Under the pieces are notes generated by a model that had not been told where the DNA came from, ran no database searches, and was given only the letters and a program-made list of their open reading frames with translations. This document shows positions 59,962-64,000 of a stretch of DNA of 64,000 nt, piece by piece; positions within the stretch are counted from its first letter, which is position 1, and every line of letters begins with the position of its first letter. A program made the translations under genes and the position numbers. The stretch spans positions 108,004,001 to 108,068,000 of the forward strand of contig OZ024741.1 in the NCBI GenBank assembly GCA_964016885.1, given 5' to 3'. This DNA comes from Eledone cirrhosa (lineage: Eukaryota).

Positions 59962-60751
59962 CACAAACACATACAAACACATACATACACACATACATAC
60001 ATACACATACATATACATACATATATATATATATATATATACATACATATATTCATGTGTACACATAATAAGGAGGGGTGGGGGGTAGTGAAATGGAATT
60101 TTACCTCCGAGTGTTAATTCATTTTTTCGTGTTCAGTAGTGGTTTAAATTTTTCAATGAAGAATTCTTCCTTATATCTGCGGAAATGTTCGTTATCCGAC
60201 CATATCTTGAAGAATAGGAAGATTGTGAATTTTCCCTTCCCGCATGATGCAAAGTGTGCGCTACATGTGGTATTTCTGACTGTGGGGTCTTTAATTTGTT
60301 GTTTATGTACCCGGACTCTATCATGTAGTCCCGTTCCAGTTTCCCCAATGTAATACTCTTTACACTGTGGACATGTTGCGCAATATATTAGGTTTTTCGT
60401 TTTGCAGTTCATGTTTGCATTGACCTTGAAATTATCATGGTTTTTGAAGGACAACTGTTTGCCCTCTTCGATGAGTTCACAGGTTCCACATCTAGGGGTC
60501 CCCGCATTTCGTCACTTGCATTGATTCCATGTTGGTCGTAAATTTTGCCTTGGTAATTAGTTTTTTAAGGTTGGGTGCTTGGCGTCTGCTATAAATTATC
60601 TGTGTGTTTTTTAAACAACCAACGACTCAATTTATAACATTTAAAAAAAAAAATGTTTTTTCTAATCCGGAAAAAAAATTCTTTTTGGATTTTGTGAAGA
60701 AAATAAATTTGTTGAAAGCACAAGTGAAGCCATTTTTTTCTTCCCCCTGTC

Positions 60752-60757
<6 letters not shown>
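58761..60757 (-). mobile_element. Penelope-like (Neptune-like) 3' fragment with inverted pLTR
   Basis: GIY-YIG MNCKTKNLIYCATCPQCKEYYIGETG..LHDRVRVH...KEEFFIEKFKPLLN (60119-60454). 58795-58936 is the reverse complement of ~60615-60757. Confidence 0.85.
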
Positions 60758-60792
<35 letters not shown>

Positions 60793-61482
60793 ACGGAAGT
60801 AAGGTTCTATGCAAAAAGAGTGGTTATAGAGGAAAGGTGAAGTGGGAAATACCACGGAAAATATATTTTAGGGTCTGTTTTTTTTTGTTTTTTTTCCTTT
60901 CGTTGAATCGTCAAAGTTATATTATTGAAATAATGAGAGGGACAATTCTTTTGAAAAAGTGTTTTATAATGTATATAAAGTATGTAAAGTAGAACCGGTT
61001 TCGATGTATTAGTAAAATTCATCTTATCAAATGTTGAGCATTACAATTAAAAAGAATTAATAAGAATTAAAAACTAAAAATTAAAGATTTAAAATTAAAT
61101 GTTGAGGCAATATTTTTCATCTTCCTTGTTGAGAAGGAGACTGGAAAATGAACTCTTGTGTATATATAGAGAGAGGTGTGTAGTCATGATAGTAGCAGCA
61201 GCAGTGTTGGCAGTTGTGTTTGTTCACATAAAACAAAATTATTTTAGGGACAAGGGAAATGTTCTGTGAATATACATGTGTGTCTCAATTGTGTTAATGG
61301 ACTGGTCAAGAGTTCAGATGGGTGAAGTGGGGATTGGTAAGCTAGAGACAAATTCTATGGGATTGGCAACAGTAGGGTTGTAAAAGAAATTCTATTTTTG
61401 GATTATGGTTTTAGAGAGTGTGTGTACGTGTGAGAGTGTATATATATAAAAAATGAACACGTGTGTGTGTATGGGGGGGCGT

Positions 61483-61549
<67 letters not shown>

Positions 61550-61760
61550 GTGTGTGTGTGTGTGTGATTTAGCCTATCTGTTGCAGGTCCCTTTCTGGTG
61601 GGAAATAAAAAAAAAACAGTGCAAAGCATCAGTGGTGGCTTTCAATCGGAAATTTTTCTCTTATATCGTTGTGTGTGTGTGGGGGGGGGGGGGGGGGGGA
61701 ATCTAATGGGGGTGATTACATATTTAATTTTGGTTTAAATTTGTTAAAATATACTTTTTA

Positions 61761-63476
61761 TTGTTACTCTGGCGTCCCCCTTTATTTACGTGTCCCAACG
61801 ACTTTTTTTAGCCGTTGTTCGCACCAACCCGAGGCATATGGCCCTTAAAGCGATGAAATGCCCAGGACGGTTGGAGGGTCACTGATGAAGGACTCACTTT
61901 TTCCTATGTATCCCATTTGCAACGCCGCAGCTCCATTATTATCATATTTACACATATATTTTTTCCATGCTGCCTTCGTCTGTTTCGTTCCTTGTATCTT
62001 TACCACTTCTAGCAGTCTCTCTCTCTCTGTTAGCCTCCTCCTCAACTTTCACTCACTCATTCTCTGTCACTACCTCTCCTCGTCCTCTTTCCTCCTCCTC
62101 CTTCAAGTTTGACCTGTGTGTAATTATTTTCTCGCGCGGTCTTGACCGAGCTGGTATGGAATATTTTTCTCTTTCTCTTTCGTCTGCGACTTCACAAAAC
62201 TTGCGTTTACCGAATTCGTAGACCAGACCCTTTATCTTCTTCTTCTTCTTCTTCTTCTTCTTCTTCTTCTTCTTCTTCTTCTTCTTCTTCTTCTTCTTCT
62301 TCTTCTTCTTCTTCTTCTTCTTCTTCTTCTTCTTCTTCTTCTTCTTCTTCTTCTTCTTCTTCTTCTTCTTCTTCTTCTTCTTCTTCCTCTTCTCTCCTTT
62401 CTCTCTCTCTCTTTTTTCCCCCCCGTCAGACTTGGGCGAAATTCTTTCCTTGCTCACATTTCAACCAGGTTTGATGGTCTTTCGTCTCTTGTTCACGATT
62501 TCACAGAGTTTATATTCATAGAGATCTGGGACTTGTCTATTTCTACTCACTTTCCGTTGCTTAAACTTTTTTGTTGTTACTCTAGCGTCCCCCTTTGTTT
62601 ACGTGTCCCAACGACTTTTTTTAGCCGTTGTTCGCACCAACCTGAGGCATATGGCCCTTAAAGCGATGAAATGCCGAGGACGGTTGGAGGGTCACTGATG
62701 AAGGACTCACTTTTTCCTATGTATCCCATTTGCAACGCCGCAGCTCCATTATTATCATATTTACACATATATTTTTTCCATGCTGCCTTCGTCTGTTTCG
62801 TTCCTTGTATCTTTACCACTTCTAGCAGTCTCTCTCTCTCTGTTAGCCTCCTCCTCAACTTTCACTCACTCATTCTCTGTCATTACCTCTCCTCGTCCTC
62901 TTTCCTCCTCCTCCTTCAAGTTTGACCTGTGTGTAATTCTTTTCTCGCGCGGTCTTGACCGAGCTGGTATGGAATTTTTTTCTCTCTCTCTTTCGTCTGC
63001 GACTTCACAAAACTTGCGTTTACCGAATTCGTAGACCAGACCCCTTTATCTTCTTCTTCTTCTTCTTCTTCTTCTTCTTCTTCTTCTTCTTCTTCTTCTT
63101 CTTCTTCTTCTTCTTCTTCTTCTTCTTCTTCTTCTTCTTCTTCTTCTTCTTCTCTCCTTTCTCTCTCTCTCTTTTTCCCCCCCGTCAAACTTGGGCGAAA
63201 TTCTTTCCTTGCTCACATTTCAACCAGGTTTGATGGTCTTTCGTCTCTTGTTCACGATTTCACAGAGTTTATATTCATAGAGATCTGGGACTTGTCTATT
63301 TCTACTCACTTTCCGTTGCTTAAACTTTTTTGTTGTTACTCTAGCGTCCCCCTTTGTTTACGTGACCCAACGACTTTTTTTAGCCGTTGTTCGCACCAAC
63401 CTGAGGCATATGGCCCTTAAAGCGATGAAATGCCGAGGACGGTTGGAGGGTCACTGATGAAGGACTCACTTTTTCT
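61761..63476. repeat. Tandem array, ~2.2 copies of a ~0.8-kb unit with an internal (TTC)n tract
   Basis: GCCCTTAAAG recurs with periods of 813 and 759 bp; the difference is mostly (TTC)n length; units are near-identical. Confidence 0.95.
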
Positions 63477-63478
63477 TA

Positions 63479-63525
<47 letters not shown>

Positions 63526-63753
63526 CTGTGACTTTGTCTAGTTTGTGTATATGTAAATCTTTATATTTAATAATCTCCCATAAGGTTGAGATGCAATTTG
63601 GGCAATATTGGGCTGCGCTTTCTAGCAACCAACCCACTCGCCGTAAGCAATCACATTCTTTCTGACTTGACCACTGCCACGTCACAATTCTTAGCCATTT
63701 TGAATTCGTGTCTGGCGGGGACCACTTTAGAAAATAATCTGTCCTAACGAGTT

Positions 63754-63835
63754 TGTCTCCTGATGAGTTCGAAGCTCAAGATTTTATCCTAAATAGGATA
63801 TATCAAAATGCGGACGAAACCCGAGGGTATGGACA
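63754..63835 (+). ncRNA. Type-I hammerhead ribozyme
   Basis: TGTCTC-CTGATGA-GTTCG...CGGAC-GAAA-CCC-GA-GGG-TA-TGGACA. Confidence 0.75.
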
Positions 63836-64000
63836 TAAACCTGGTATATGTATAAGCATTTCTTCTAACTTTAATTTTATACCTAATTGTGTATGGTTGG
63901 TGGTATATTTAATCGATTTCCACGTGCTGTTGAAATGTTGGGTAAGTATTCTATGGCGGTTGGCCGCGAAGAGATTGCTATCGTTTATTTATATATTATA

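Noticed and set aside
62053-63233. Poly-K, poly-S, poly-E and poly-F ORFs
   Set aside because: Reading frames of the (TTC)n tract

Overview
AT-rich, repeat-saturated animal genomic DNA with no recognisable host gene exon. The tRNA-SINE families and (TA)n load look octopus/cephalopod-like; this is an inference from recalled repeat families. Contents: (1) a ~9.6-kb decayed autonomous Helitron (3189-12794) whose N-terminal 23-aa repeats are split by a 5'-truncated RT-RNaseH LINE and whose helicase motifs I-III are missing. (2) Three non-autonomous Helitrons sharing its termini. (3) At least five decayed Penelope-like elements (PLEs; RT plus C-terminal GIY-YIG), two with inverted pLTRs. (4) RTE-, R4- and CRE-like LINE fragments and tRNA-derived SINEs. 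The most striking unannotated signal is about 14 short non-coding fold-back (palindromic) elements of 0.1-1 kb from several families, nearly all sitting in (TA)n tracts. Many carry minimal type-I hammerhead ribozymes read outward from the centre, with family-fixed outer ends, a one-sided tail and variable turn-around points. One also shows a 422-bp retrozyme-like tandem. Nearly all ORF-track entries outside these transposons are microsatellite artefacts. All alignments and folds were done by eye; coordinates of decayed fragments are approximate.
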